This document shows, piece after piece, positions 1 to 9,082 of a stretch of 24,000 nt of DNA (its first letter is position 1; each line of letters starts with the position of its first letter). Both the position numbers and the translations under genes were made by a program. The stretch lies in the NCBI GenBank assembly GCA_049889095.1, contig JBLJFK010000002.1. The stretch is one strand, 5' to 3'. The notes below the pieces were generated by a model. The model did not search any database, had not been told where the DNA came from, and was given only the letters and a program-made list of their open reading frames with translations. The stretch is from Ewingella sp. S1.OA.A_B6. Its GTDB lineage: Bacteria; Pseudomonadota; Gammaproteobacteria; Enterobacterales; Enterobacteriaceae.

Positions 1-1423
1 CCACGGCGAACAGCGAAATACAGTATTCGCCAGCGCCTGAGGCGGCAAAACCCACCGGAATAAAACCGGCAATCATGACCAGTGTCCCGGTCAGCATTGG
101 GAACGCAGTTGTCTCAAAGGCATAGGTGGCGGCCTGCCAGCGGCTGTCGCCAGCTTCAAGCCTGGCGACCATCGCCTCTACGCTGATCATGGCATCGTCG
201 ACCAATAGGCCAAGCGCAATGATCAGCGCGCCGAGTGAGATACGCTGCAGCCCAATTCCACACAACATCATACCGGCGAACGTCATGGCCAGAACCAGAG
301 GAATTGCAGCAGCCACCACCAACCCTGCGCGGGTGCCCAGGGAGATAAAGGAGACGGCCAACACAATGACGACGGCCTCCAGCAGGACGTGAACAAATCC
401 ATTGACGGCTTCTTTCACCACGGCGGACTGGTCAGCAACCTTAGTCATCTCAATCCCATGCGGGAGCCGGGACTGAATATCTGTCATCCGACTGTTTATA
501 GCGTCGCCGAATTTGAGCATATTACCGGTAGCAGCCATAGAAATAGCCAAACCTATCGCCGGCTGGCCGTTCACCCTGAAGGTCGGTGCTGGCGGTTCGG
601 CAGGTTGCCGACTTATTGTCGCAATATCAGTGAGGGGGATATAGCGACCAGCAATATGCAACGTTGTCGCATTGAGGCTCTGTTCTGGATCTAAAGCCCC
701 GCTGACCCTCAACGCAATATTTTCCGCTCCGCTTCTTAACACCCCGGCTGATACTACGGCATTCTGCGCTTTCAGCGCGTCACTAATCTGTTGCAGATCC
801 AGCCCCATACCGGCCAGTTTTCGCGGGGAAAAAGCAATCACCATCTGCTCTTCCTGCTCACCTAGCAGCGTGACTTTCCCGATATCAGGAAGTGACATCA
901 GCTCACGGTGAATATCGTCAACTTTGTCTCTGAGTTCGCGAGTCGTGTACCCTTCGGCAGTAAAGCCGTAGATGGTGCCAAATGTGTCGTCGAAATTATC
1001 GTTGACGGCTGGACCCTGAACGCCTGCCGGCAATGAATATTTGATGTCCTGCATCTTTTTTCTTACCTGATACCAGATATCGGGCACCCGGGACGGCGGC
1101 GTGTCGTCGCGCAGGTTGACATAGATAGTCGACTGCCCGGCGCGGGTTTGGCTCTCCACGTAATCGAGATAAGGTATTTCTTGCAGCTTTTTCTCAAGGG
1201 GATCGGTCAGCAGATTCACCGTATCCTGGACATTCGCGCCGGTCCATCGAGCGGAAACAATCGCCGTTTTAATAGTGAAGGCCGGATCTTCATTGCGTGG
1301 AAGGCTTTCGTAGCTCATGACGCCAGCCGCCATCACTAGCAGCATAAAGAACACCATCAACTGCTGGTTTTTTAACGCCCAGGCTGAGAGGTTAACCGCG
1401 TGTTTCATCGAACGGTCTTTCAT
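1..1423 (-). CDS. RND (AcrB/HAE1-type) efflux pump inner-membrane subunit, N-terminal ~474 codons; gene continues past the left edge
   Basis: The minus strand is open from 1423 to position 1. My translation begins MKDRSMKHAVNLSAWALKNQQLMVFFMLLVMAAGVMSYESLPRNEDPAFTIKT..., the usual TM1 plus porter-domain start of RND pumps. Its ATG (1423-1421) overlaps the adaptor stop as TAATG. It is absent from the ORF track only because there is no stop in the window. The + ORFs at 126-1339 are antisense shadows. Confidence 0.9.
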   Translation of the reverse strand, partial: MKDRSMKHAVNLSAWALKNQQLMVFFMLLVMAAGVMSYESLPRNEDPAFTIKTAIVSARWTGANVQDTVNLLTDPLEKKLQEIPYLDYVESQTRAGQSTIYVNLRDDTPPSRVPDIWYQVRKKMQDIKYSLPAGVQGPAVNDNFDDTFGTIYGFTAEGYTTRELRDKVDDIHRELMSLPDIGKVTLLGEQEEQMVIAFSPRKLAGMGLDLQQISDALKAQNAVVSAGVLRSGAENIALRVSGALDPEQSLNATTLHIAGRYIPLTDIATISRQPAEPPAPTFRVNGQPAIGLAISMAATGNMLKFGDAINSRMTDIQSRLPHGIEMTKVADQSAVVKEAVNGFVHVLLEAVVIVLAVSFISLGTRAGLVVAAAIPLVLAMTFAGMMLCGIGLQRISLGALIIALGLLVDDAMISVEAMVARLEAGDSRWQAATYAFETTAFPMLTGTLVMIAGFIPVGFAASGAGEYCISLFAV

Positions 1424-2574
1424 TATTTATCCTCCACGAGCGAGACCTTCTCATCCTGACGCAGCTTACTGACTCCCGCCGTAACGACCGTTTCGCCTGG
1501 GTTTACCCCACTGGCAATAAATATTGCAGCACGCGTAAAATGGGCAATGTCAACGACGCGAAGATGTAGCTTGAAGGTCGTGCGATCCACAATGAACACC
1601 GCGGGTTTATCTCCCATGCGCGTCAGCGCGTGTGCTGGCAGCGCTATCACCGGCGCTCCTGCCTGCTCCATTTGCCCTTGAACTGTCGCGCCCAGGGCCA
1701 TAGCCACCGGCGGGTTATCGAGGGAAACACGCACCCGCCAGGTTCGCGTCTGCGGGTCTGCCTGAGGACTGACATCCCGTAAGTGTCCACTCGTGTGTAT
1801 TGACGGATCAGAAAGGAGTGAAAGGGTAAAAGGTACCGCCGAATTTCGTGTCATGACCTGAGGATCCGCGAGATCAAATACCGCATCGCGCCCCTCTCCC
1901 ACGGCGAGAGTAATAACCGACTGCCCTATACTGAGGATCTGACCTGGAAAAGCTTTTACCTCGGTAACCACGCCGGATTGCGGTGCAGTCAGACGGGTCC
2001 ACGAGAGGGTATCTTGAGCATTTTTTAGTGCGGCTTCACTGCTCTGGCGGTGCGATGCAGCGGCCTGCCAGTCAGACTGAGCGGTATCGTACTGGGCGCG
2101 GGCAATGGCACCCAGCGGCATGAGCTTCCTCATTCGCTCGAGGTTGAGCGCTGCCACACGTTCAGCCGCCCGCGCACTGTCCAGATCGGCTCTGGCACTG
2201 TGGAGCTGATTCTGACCGGTATCACTGTCCACCGCTGCCAGAACTTGGCCGGCCTGCACGCGATCGCCCACGTCCACTGTACGGCTCAGCAGACGTCCTT
2301 CCACGCGAAAACTCAGCGTGACTTCATCATGCGCCTGTATCTCGCCAGTTTGGATAAAAGGCATGCTGGAGGTAGGGGCTGGTGCGACGATAAAACGAAC
2401 AGGTCGGGGAGGCGCACTTTGCTTCTGGTCTTTGTCTCCGCAGCCAGACAGTAAAAATACCGCAGAAAGTAAAATCAGCGACGCAAGTAACATTAACGCC
2501 GTGGATTTAAATAGCCCCACTCCCCCGATAGGTTGTAACGCCTTTTTGGTGCAGCCGGCAAATAGATGAGTCAT
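1423..2574 (-). CDS. RND efflux periplasmic adaptor (membrane fusion protein), lipoprotein
   Basis: 392-aa track ORF. It has a lipobox LLSGC after a hydrophobic stretch, coiled-coil and barrel-sandwich-like sequence (GQVLAAVD, QAQYD) and translational coupling to the pump. The start is uncertain: ATG at 2574 has AGGAA 7 nt upstream, while the track start at 2601 is GTG. Confidence 0.88.
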   Translation of the reverse strand: MTHLFAGCTKKALQPIGGVGLFKSTALMLLASLILLSAVFLLSGCGDKDQKQSAPPRPVRFIVAPAPTSSMPFIQTGEIQAHDEVTLSFRVEGRLLSRTVDVGDRVQAGQVLAAVDSDTGQNQLHSARADLDSARAAERVAALNLERMRKLMPLGAIARAQYDTAQSDWQAAASHRQSSEAALKNAQDTLSWTRLTAPQSGVVTEVKAFPGQILSIGQSVITLAVGEGRDAVFDLADPQVMTRNSAVPFTLSLLSDPSIHTSGHLRDVSPQADPQTRTWRVRVSLDNPPVAMALGATVQGQMEQAGAPVIALPAHALTRMGDKPAVFIVDRTTFKLHLRVVDIAHFTRAAIFIASGVNPGETVVTAGVSKLRQDEKVSLVEDK

Positions 2575-2670
2575 GGCCATGTTCCTGAATTGAGATAGCA
2601 CTATTCAATCCAGGTTTTATCCAGATACGCTTTACATTTCATCAAGGGATCGTCAAGACCAGCTAATTTG

Positions 2671-3852
2671 TTAGTCTGCTGTTTCCACAATAGGTAAGTG
2701 GGCGGTGATCAACAAACCGCCTTCAGCAGGCAGTGATGCTACGATGCCACCGCCGTGGGCCACACAAATGGCCTTGGCAATCGACAAACCCAGGCCGCTC
2801 CCGCCTGAATGTCGCGCACGGGATGACTCTTCGCGTGTAAAACGCTCAAACATTGTTGGCAGAAAATCCGCAGAGACACCCGGCCCGTTATCACGAAAGG
2901 AAATAGCGTACCCGCGGTGGGATGGCGTTACGTTGATAGTCAAATACCCCCCTTCGGTTGCATAACGCAGCGCGTTTTCCATGAGGATGGTAAATAACTG
3001 TCCAAGTCTAAAAACGTCTCCTTCATATAAGCTCGGGGACGCCGTGACTACCACAATTTTCATGCCACACGTTTCGGCCTGCGGTTTTAACCAGCCAGCA
3101 CGCTCTTTCAACACATCAGTGAGGCTCATGTGGGTTTTGCTTAGGATAAGCTGGCCCGCGTCGGCCAGTGATAGCAGATGCAGATCATCAGTCAGCAGGC
3201 TGAGGAGCTGAAGCTGTTTCATGACCGTTTCCAGCTGTGTAGGCTCCAGCAGAAAAACACCGTCGAGCATGCCCTGCACACGGCCAATAGCGGCGGTTAG
3301 TGGAGAGCGGAGTTCATGCGCCATAGCGACATGTGAAGCATGCAGTTCCCGTTCATAGCGTTCCAGCTGACGTGTCATCGTGTTGAAATCGTCGGTAAAC
3401 TGAGCCAGCTCAGCCGGTGCTTCTTTTATCCGAGCAGCGCGAACCGTAAACTCACCCCGTGACACCGCTCTCGCGGCGGTAGCCAGATTGATAAACTGTT
3501 CTGAAAGTGGTCGGGCAGCCCGGAGTCCCAAAATGACAATAAATGGAATGACCACCAGGACAAGCATGCCCACCATCAACCAATCGGCTGACATGATCGA
3601 GGGAACGGAGTACCAGATCCCCCAATGCTCATCCATAATTTGATGAAAGAGCAATGGATTACGTTCAGGGTTCTCGAACAATGGCAAAAAGACATTTTTA
3701 CTCGCTTGCGACATGTGCGAGATGACCCAAAAATTCTGAATCCCAAAACGCAGCCACATACAGAAAGCAATGACAATCACAGAGCCAATTGCCAGCGTCA
3801 GAATACGCACGCAAATCCAGCGCCAAAGGGACTGGCTTTTAAAATTACTCAT
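2671..3852 (-). CDS. Two-component sensor histidine kinase (2 TM, HAMP, HisKA, HATPase)
   Basis: H-box HELRSPLTAA, N-box MENALRYA, G-boxes RDNGPGV and GGSGLGLSIAKA, plus two hydrophobic segments near the N-terminus. ATGA overlap with the regulator stop (3849-3852). Confidence 0.92.
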   Translation of the reverse strand: MSNFKSQSLWRWICVRILTLAIGSVIVIAFCMWLRFGIQNFWVISHMSQASKNVFLPLFENPERNPLLFHQIMDEHWGIWYSVPSIMSADWLMVGMLVLVVIPFIVILGLRAARPLSEQFINLATAARAVSRGEFTVRAARIKEAPAELAQFTDDFNTMTRQLERYERELHASHVAMAHELRSPLTAAIGRVQGMLDGVFLLEPTQLETVMKQLQLLSLLTDDLHLLSLADAGQLILSKTHMSLTDVLKERAGWLKPQAETCGMKIVVVTASPSLYEGDVFRLGQLFTILMENALRYATEGGYLTINVTPSHRGYAISFRDNGPGVSADFLPTMFERFTREESSRARHSGGSGLGLSIAKAICVAHGGGIVASLPAEGGLLITAHLPIVETAD

Positions 3853-4544
3853 GGTTGCTTGAACCTGTACCCAACGCCACGAACATTAAATAATATGTTG
3901 CTGATCCCCGCCGACTCCAGTTTTTTTCGCAGATTATAAATGTGGGTATCGACCACCCGCTCAAGCGCCTCACTTTCAGGCAGGCACTCCTCCAACAGGT
4001 GCTGGCGTGACAGCGGCCGCGTCGGCGTACGCATAAGCGTGATAAGCAAGGTGAATTCAGTGGGCGTAAGGTCCGGCTTTGACACATGGCCTAATGCATC
4101 AGTAACGCTGACCGACATGGATTCTTCATCGATAGAAAGCCCTTCCCAGCGCAGCTGTTTTCTCAGAGTTTCATTGGGAGTAATGCGCCTTAATACCGCC
4201 TGTACGCGGGCGATGACCTCTCCCGGGTTGTAGGGTTTAACCACATAATCGTCGGCACCGTAGCGCAAGGCGCCAATTTTATCGTAGATATCCCCCATCG
4301 CAGTCACCATAATTACCGGTATGTCGCCAGCACGGCGGATAGCGGACAGCACTTCTGTGCCGTTCATCACGGGCAACATCACGTCAAGCAGGACAATATC
4401 GGGCTTCCAGCGCTTGAACATATCTAACCCTTTCAGTCCATCGCCAGCAACGGCAACCTCATAATTCTCACGACGAAGATAAGCCTCAAGCACATCGGCC
4501 GCATCCGCATCGTCTTCTATCACCAGCACGCGTTTAGCATTCAT
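3849..4544 (-). CDS. OmpR/PhoB-family response regulator
   Basis: Receiver motifs VLVIEDD, LLDVMLP, VVKPY and a C-terminal winged helix ending RGVGYRF. I prefer ATG 4544 (AAGGTG 6 nt upstream) over the GTG at 4553 used by the track. Confidence 0.92.
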   Translation of the reverse strand: MNAKRVLVIEDDADAADVLEAYLRRENYEVAVAGDGLKGLDMFKRWKPDIVLLDVMLPVMNGTEVLSAIRRAGDIPVIMVTAMGDIYDKIGALRYGADDYVVKPYNPGEVIARVQAVLRRITPNETLRKQLRWEGLSIDEESMSVSVTDALGHVSKPDLTPTEFTLLITLMRTPTRPLSRQHLLEECLPESEALERVVDTHIYNLRKKLESAGISNILFNVRGVGYRFKQP

Positions 4545-4673
4545 TTTAGTCACCTTGACAATTTCTTCATAAAGCCCTGACAGTTCGTTGACACAGCGTC
4601 TTCATAGTAGTGCCTTAAACACGGCCGTGTAGATTTAACAGGGTCAGGCAATAATACGGGGATGAGGTTGACG

Positions 4674-5462
4674 ATGATAACCAGAAAATTGATGCTCCAC
4701 ATGTTTTGTATTGCGACTTCCGCTGCAGCGGCGCAAGCCTGTGCTGATAGCGCCAGCGCATCGCAGCAGAGCCTCATTATTGGTCTGGGAGCACAAAATG
4801 CCCCTCTCTACAGTGGTTCTGACAAACGACACACACAAGTGGTGCCGGTTATTCAGGCCCGTGACGGCGCCTTTTTCTTTGACTCCCTAAAAGGGATTGG
4901 GTACGACCTACAGAGTGACAATGGCCTTTATCTTGAGCATACCCTTGGTTATGGTCTTGGACGCTCAGACCGTGATTCCAAATGGCGAGACGGGTCTGAT
5001 AAACTCAAAGGTATGGGTAATATTGACGCGACAGTCAACACGTCAATCTCGGCCGGGTGGATGGCCACCTCGTGGCTCTCGCTCGAAGAGCGGGCTACTC
5101 TGCCACTCAGCGACGGACAGGGTGTCCAATATCGAACCTCAGTCACGCTTATCCCGGTGCAAAATAACAATGATAACGTCGCACTTCAGATTTCGGCACT
5201 GTTTGGCGACGGGCGTTATATGAACACTTTTTATGGTGTCAATGAAGAACAGAGTACGCACTCTGGTTATGCACGTTACCGTGCCGCAGGCGGGTTTTAC
5301 GGAATGGACAGTAACCTTATGTGGAGCCATCAGTTCACGCCACACTGGGGCTCTGCACTCAGCGTTGGTTACACCTGGCTCGATGATCATGCGGCAAACA
5401 GTCCGATTGTGTTTCAGCGAAATCAGACCACCGCAGCGGTCGCCGTAACTTATTCGTTCTGA
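4674..5462 (+). CDS. MipA/OmpV-family outer-membrane protein (MltA-interacting scaffold family)
   Basis: Signal peptide MITRKLMLHMFCIATSAAAAQA, alternating beta-strand-like sequence and a C-terminal ...VAVTYSF aromatic terminus typical of OM barrels. Family assignment is from memory. The start is chosen at 4674 (GAGG 6 nt upstream); the track ORF starts at 4662. Confidence 0.8.
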   Translation: MITRKLMLHMFCIATSAAAAQACADSASASQQSLIIGLGAQNAPLYSGSDKRHTQVVPVIQARDGAFFFDSLKGIGYDLQSDNGLYLEHTLGYGLGRSDRDSKWRDGSDKLKGMGNIDATVNTSISAGWMATSWLSLEERATLPLSDGQGVQYRTSVTLIPVQNNNDNVALQISALFGDGRYMNTFYGVNEEQSTHSGYARYRAAGGFYGMDSNLMWSHQFTPHWGSALSVGYTWLDDHAANSPIVFQRNQTTAAVAVTYSF

Positions 5463-5500
5463 CCCCTTTGCTCTCCGATGCCTAAAGAGAGCGGAGTTCC

Positions 5501-5656
5501 GTGAATAAATGCGTACTGTTGCTATTTCTTATAGCGGGAAGCATAGGGCTTTTTTTGTCACTGACATTACTAAAAAATATTATGAGGTTAATTATTTTTA
5601 TACTGTTTCCCTACGTTATATTAAATATTATTTTTTATCTTTTTTTCTATGACTGA
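5501..5656 (+). CDS. Candidate small membrane protein, 51 aa, two hydrophobic segments (below the track cutoff)
   Basis: Hand translation VNKCVLLLFLIAGSIGLFLSLTLLKNIMRLIIFILFPYVILNIIFYLFFYD from GTG 5501, with GGAG 4 nt upstream. It lies in a very AT-rich spacer. There is no homology evidence. Confidence 0.3.
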   Translation: MNKCVLLLFLIAGSIGLFLSLTLLKNIMRLIIFILFPYVILNIIFYLFFYD

Positions 5657-5830
5657 GACTGTCTCTTTGCGGCTTTGTTGAATATCTCTTCAGAGAAATG
5701 ATCATACGGGTTAGTGTGCAAGATGCGCCGCACGTTAAAGCGCGGTCAATCCTCACGCCGTTCAGCGTAATGCAGGAACTCTGCGTTTTGGCTAATCATG
5801 GTCAGCCTCCAGTATCTGCCTTACAAACGC

Positions 5831-5877
5831 TCTTCATTCTGATCTTCTCAGCCGGTATCCATGTGCCGGCTTTTTTT
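5831..5877 (+). terminator. Module A: 27-nt CU-rich arm, 8-bp hairpin (5850-5857/5864-5871) and T7 run
   Basis: tcttcattctgatcttctcAGCCGGTAtccatgTGCCGGCTtttttt is a canonical intrinsic-terminator shape. It is a sibling of module B. Confidence 0.6.
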
Positions 5878-5970
5878 GGGTGTTCTGGAATATGAACCTG
5901 CCGGATGGCAGTAAATTTAGGCTGCACATATACTTGCCTCAAACCATTTTTAACTTCGGTGAGGCACAAT

Positions 5971-6321
5971 ATGTTATCAAACGTTCTCATAGTTTTCGTG
6001 GCGGCTATTCATATCTATATCCTCATCCTTGAAATGTTTCTATGGGATACCAGCACAGGTCGTAAAGCGTTTAATATAAACGCTGATTTCTCTCGGGCAA
6101 CAAAGACATTGGCAGCAAATCAGGGCCTCTACAATGGCTTCCTGGCGGCAGGACTTCTTTACGGGTTGTGGTTAGGCGAAGGTGGTTTTCAGTTTAAGCT
6201 CTTCTTCCTGACGTGCGTGCTCATCGCTGGCATCTATGGTTCGATCAGCGCCAACAGAAAAATATTGTATGTTCAGGCACTGCCTGCATTGATAACCCTT
6301 ACAGCACTGCTTTTTCTGTAA
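5971..6321 (+). CDS. DUF1304-family small integral membrane protein
   Basis: MLSNVLIVFVAAIHIYILILEMFLWDT...LAANQGLYNGFLAAGL matches my memory of DUF1304 proteins. ATG 5971 has GGTGAGG upstream. The track start at 5905 adds an implausible leader. Confidence 0.8.
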   Translation: MLSNVLIVFVAAIHIYILILEMFLWDTSTGRKAFNINADFSRATKTLAANQGLYNGFLAAGLLYGLWLGEGGFQFKLFFLTCVLIAGIYGSISANRKILYVQALPALITLTALLFL

Positions 6322-6451
6322 TTGCTGTCATCAAAATTGTCATCAATGAGCTGGTTTATTCCACTCATAGGATGATGTTGCCATTCCAGCCACGGAAAAC
6401 GGTGATCCCTTCGAAAACACCGTGTAGTTGTCAGTAGAATTCTTCAACCCT

Positions 6452-6499
6452 TCTTCATTCTGATCTTCTCAGCCGGTACCGGGGTGCCGGTTGTTTTGG
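6452..6499 (+). terminator. Module B: same 27-nt arm, hairpin 6471-6478/6485-6492 and a T-rich tail; likely terminator of the DUF1304 gene
   Basis: tcttcattctgatcttctcAGCCGGTAccggggTGCCGGTTgttttgggg. The stem is kept with G-U wobbles and the loop differs from module A. Confidence 0.55.
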
Positions 6500-6665
6500 G
6501 GATGTTTTTCCTCAATCCGATTTATTCAACCAAGCCGCATAAAGATTGCCCAGAATTTGCCGATAGATTGTTCAAAGGGAAATCCATCGACAGGAAGTTA
6601 ATCGCGCTTAATCTCTTACACTGGGGAAATTTCACTTGCACATCCAGCCTAAACCAAAACGAAAA

Positions 6666-8588
6666 ATGAGTACGCGCACGCTGATGCTCCTGACCGGAGC
6701 CCTGACCATCACCTTAGGTTTCACTATCACCATCGGCTTGCTGAGCTGGCAGTCGAGCCAGCACCAGCGCAGGGTTGCAGAAAACTATCTGGGCAAAATT
6801 GCCGAGACCAACGCGCTTAATGTGCAGAAGGATCTGGAGTATGCCCGCACGGTAGCCAAAGATCTGGGACAAAGCCTGATCGCCTTGCCCGCTGCCGGGA
6901 TCACCGACCGAAAAGTCGCTGAAGAGTTGATGAAGTACTCGCTCAAGCAGAATCCGAATTACCTGTCGATGTCGGTGATTTTTGAGGAAAACGCTTTCGA
7001 TGGCCGCGATGCTGAATTTGCTCAACGGCCGGACTCCACCCCCAAAGGCCGCTTTGCCCGCTTTGTCGACCGCGGAAGTGACGGCACCTTCACCCTGCAT
7101 AACCTCGATTCCATTTTCAAACCAGGACAGGGCGACTACTACCTGATCCCGCAGAAGCTGCAAAAAGACGTGCTCACCGAGCCCTACAGCTACGCCTACA
7201 ACGGCGTCGATACTCTGCTGACCTCCGTCGCCGCCGTGGTGATTGATGACAACCAGCTCAAAGCGGTGATCACCTCAGACATCTCCCTTGCATCGTTACA
7301 GAAAAGCGTTGGGGCAATCAGACCCTGGGAAGGCGTGGGCTACGCTCTGCTGCTGTCCAACACCGGCCGGGTGATCTCCAGCCCCGACCAAGCGATGGCG
7401 GGCAAACCTTACAAAGGCAATACCGACAAGTTTACTCAGCAAGTAGTGGAGCATTATGACAGCTCGCTGGGTGAGAACGTGCTGGAAACGTGGCGGCCGA
7501 TCACCGTCGGCACCAGCACGATGCCCTGGTATCTGGGCGTGGTAACGCCGGTCAGTGTCGTGATGGCTGCGGCTAATCGGCAACTGATGCATGCGTTGAT
7601 CATGATGCTGCTGAGCATTGTGATTGTCTGCACCGTGCTGGCTCTGATCTTCAACCGCAAGATTTCCAGACCGATCGGTGGTGAACCCTCTCAGGCAGCG
7701 GCCATCGCGCTGGGTGTGGCAGAAGGTAACTTATCCGCCGAAATACCCGTGGTGGCTAACGATCGTCAGAGTATTTTCTTTGCCATGCATACCATGCAAC
7801 AACAACTGAGAACCATGGTGGGAGAGATTATCTCTGCCAGCGACTCGGTGCGGCAAGGTGCGGAAGAAATTGCCTCCGGCAACCTCGATCTGGCCTCGCG
7901 CACTGAACAGCAGGCCGCCGCGCTGGAACAGACCGCCGCCAGCATGGAACAACTGACTGCCACGGTGAAACACAACGCGGACAACGCCCATCAGGCCACG
8001 GCACTCACTGAAAATGCCACTGACATTGCGCAACGCGGGGAGCATTTGGTGCAGCAGGTGGTGCTAATTATGCAGCAGATAGATGACAGTTCACAGAAAA
8101 TCGGCGCGATTACCAGCTTAATCAACGGCATTGCCTTCCAGACCAATATCCTGGCGCTGAATGCGGCGGTAGAAGCCGCTCGCGCCGGTGAACAGGGTCG
8201 CGGCTTCGCCGTCGTTGCTGCGGAGGTTCGCAGCCTGGCGCAGCGCAGCGCCAACGCGGCGAAAGATATCTCAGCCTTAATCAGTGAATCCACTGTGCGT
8301 GTCGATCAAGGCGTCTCGCTGGTTGAGGATGCAGGAAGAACCATGCAGGAGATGACTACCGCGGTGAATTCGGTGAAAACCATCATTGGTGAAATCGTTC
8401 ATGCTTCAGATGAGCAGTCACAGGGCATTGGTCAGGTAACGGTCGCTGTCAACCAGATGGACGGTGCCACCCAGCAAAACTCGGCGCTGGTACAGCAGAT
8501 GTCCGCCGCCGCCGCATCACTGGAGGATCAGGCACAGCAGTTGGCCCAGACGGTGCAAATCTTCCGCCTGGGCAGCCACGTAAAATAA
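6666..8588 (+). CDS. Methyl-accepting chemotaxis protein with a periplasmic Cache-like sensor, HAMP and MCP signalling domain
   Basis: TM1 ([21 protein letters not shown]), a ~270-aa periplasmic domain, TM2 ([19 protein letters not shown]) and the conserved hairpin core [40 protein letters not shown]. The start is uncertain (ATG 6666 or TTG 6636). Confidence 0.92.
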   Translation: MSTRTLMLLTGALTITLGFTITIGLLSWQSSQHQRRVAENYLGKIAETNALNVQKDLEYARTVAKDLGQSLIALPAAGITDRKVAEELMKYSLKQNPNYLSMSVIFEENAFDGRDAEFAQRPDSTPKGRFARFVDRGSDGTFTLHNLDSIFKPGQGDYYLIPQKLQKDVLTEPYSYAYNGVDTLLTSVAAVVIDDNQLKAVITSDISLASLQKSVGAIRPWEGVGYALLLSNTGRVISSPDQAMAGKPYKGNTDKFTQQVVEHYDSSLGENVLETWRPITVGTSTMPWYLGVVTPVSVVMAAANRQLMHALIMMLLSIVIVCTVLALIFNRKISRPIGGEPSQAAAIALGVAEGNLSAEIPVVANDRQSIFFAMHTMQQQLRTMVGEIISASDSVRQGAEEIASGNLDLASRTEQQAAALEQTAASMEQLTATVKHNADNAHQATALTENATDIAQRGEHLVQQVVLIMQQIDDSSQKIGAITSLINGIAFQTNILALNAAVEAARAGEQGRGFAVVAAEVRSLAQRSANAAKDISALISESTVRVDQGVSLVEDAGRTMQEMTTAVNSVKTIIGEIVHASDEQSQGIGQVTVAVNQMDGATQQNSALVQQMSAAAASLEDQAQQLAQTVQIFRLGSHVK

Positions 8589-8689
8589 GGTGTTCCCTTA
8601 CAGTAAAACAGGTTAGCCGCAGGGATGCGGCATTCAAACTATCTGAGTTAATTCCATGACTTGAGATTACGCACGCTAACCTCGAGTGG

Positions 8690-8977
8690 GTGTCAACAAC
8701 GGATTACGGGGGAGTTCGGCGCCCCCCTTTCGATGTGTCCGGCGTGGCGTATCTGGTTCAGGGATTGGACTCCTTCAACTCAAGGCATTATCTGGAATCT
8801 ACCCGGCGAACGCTGGAAACGATGGTTCGTGATGGCCTGCTAGAAAAATCACCAACTATGAGCAACGTCAGGACACTACGCAATCCGGCAGCGGTAAAGG
8901 CGTGTGGTGTAATGTCTCGCGGGATGGCTTGCCTGGAACATGTTCCGGAATACGAGATGACGGCGGCATCAGACTAA
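8690..8977 (+). CDS. Hypothetical 95-aa ORF (GTG start), function unknown
   Basis: Only an open frame; no SD, motif or family is recognised. It sits between the MCP gene and the Fic remnant. Confidence 0.25.
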   Translation: MSTTDYGGVRRPPFDVSGVAYLVQGLDSFNSRHYLESTRRTLETMVRDGLLEKSPTMSNVRTLRNPAAVKACGVMSRGMACLEHVPEYEMTAASD

Positions 8978-9043
8978 AGCAGGTAAGGCGTGCGATAAGG
9001 ATATTTATAGCGCCTGAAAGCGTCAGGGAGATAATCATCAACT

Positions 9044-9073
9044 GGTGAAGAAAATGCTGGCTTCATAGCCAGC
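9044..9073 (-). terminator. Intrinsic terminator behind the Fic remnant
   Basis: Stem GCTGGCT/AGCCAGC (9056-9062/9067-9073) with loop tcat. On the minus strand it is followed by ATTTTCTT and lies about 10 nt after a TAA. Confidence 0.5.
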
Positions 9074-9082
9074 TTTCACGTT

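Noticed and set aside
126-1339. Four plus-strand ORFs (88, 101, 79 and 63 aa) at the left edge
   Set aside because: They are antisense shadows of the RND pump gene, which is open on the minus strand to the window edge. Their sequences are low-complexity and Ser/Ala/Arg-rich, with no SDs.
2050-2569. Plus-strand ORFs of 134 and 83 aa
   Set aside because: They are antisense to the well-supported efflux adaptor gene and show Arg/Gly-rich shadow-frame composition.
5746-5799. Minus-strand 17-codon ORF (MISQNAEFLHYAERRED) with GGAGG 6 nt upstream, antisense to the region just upstream of module A; considered as a type I toxin-antitoxin or leader peptide
   Set aside because: The peptide is hydrophilic and acidic, unlike type I toxins, and there is no downstream minus-strand gene to regulate. 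The SD-like sequence may be coincidental. I mention it only as something Ribo-seq would settle.
5698-5990. ORFs 5698-5895 (+, 65 aa) and 5802-5990 (-, 62 aa)
   Set aside because: They span the module A hairpin, the U-run and the DUF1304 promoter/SD region. They have no SDs and implausible composition.
8591-8620. cccttacagtaaaacaggttagccgcagg compared with the tRNA segment ccctacaggattcgaacctgtgacc as a possible attL
   Set aside because: Only scattered identities remain after alignment, and there is no contiguous core. The adjacent GCCGC-agggat-GCGGC hairpin is more simply a weak MCP terminator.
6714-8637. Six minus-strand ORFs (62-149 aa) inside the MCP gene
   Set aside because: They are antisense to a gene with an unmistakable MCP signalling core. 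This is typical GC-rich shadow-ORF behaviour.
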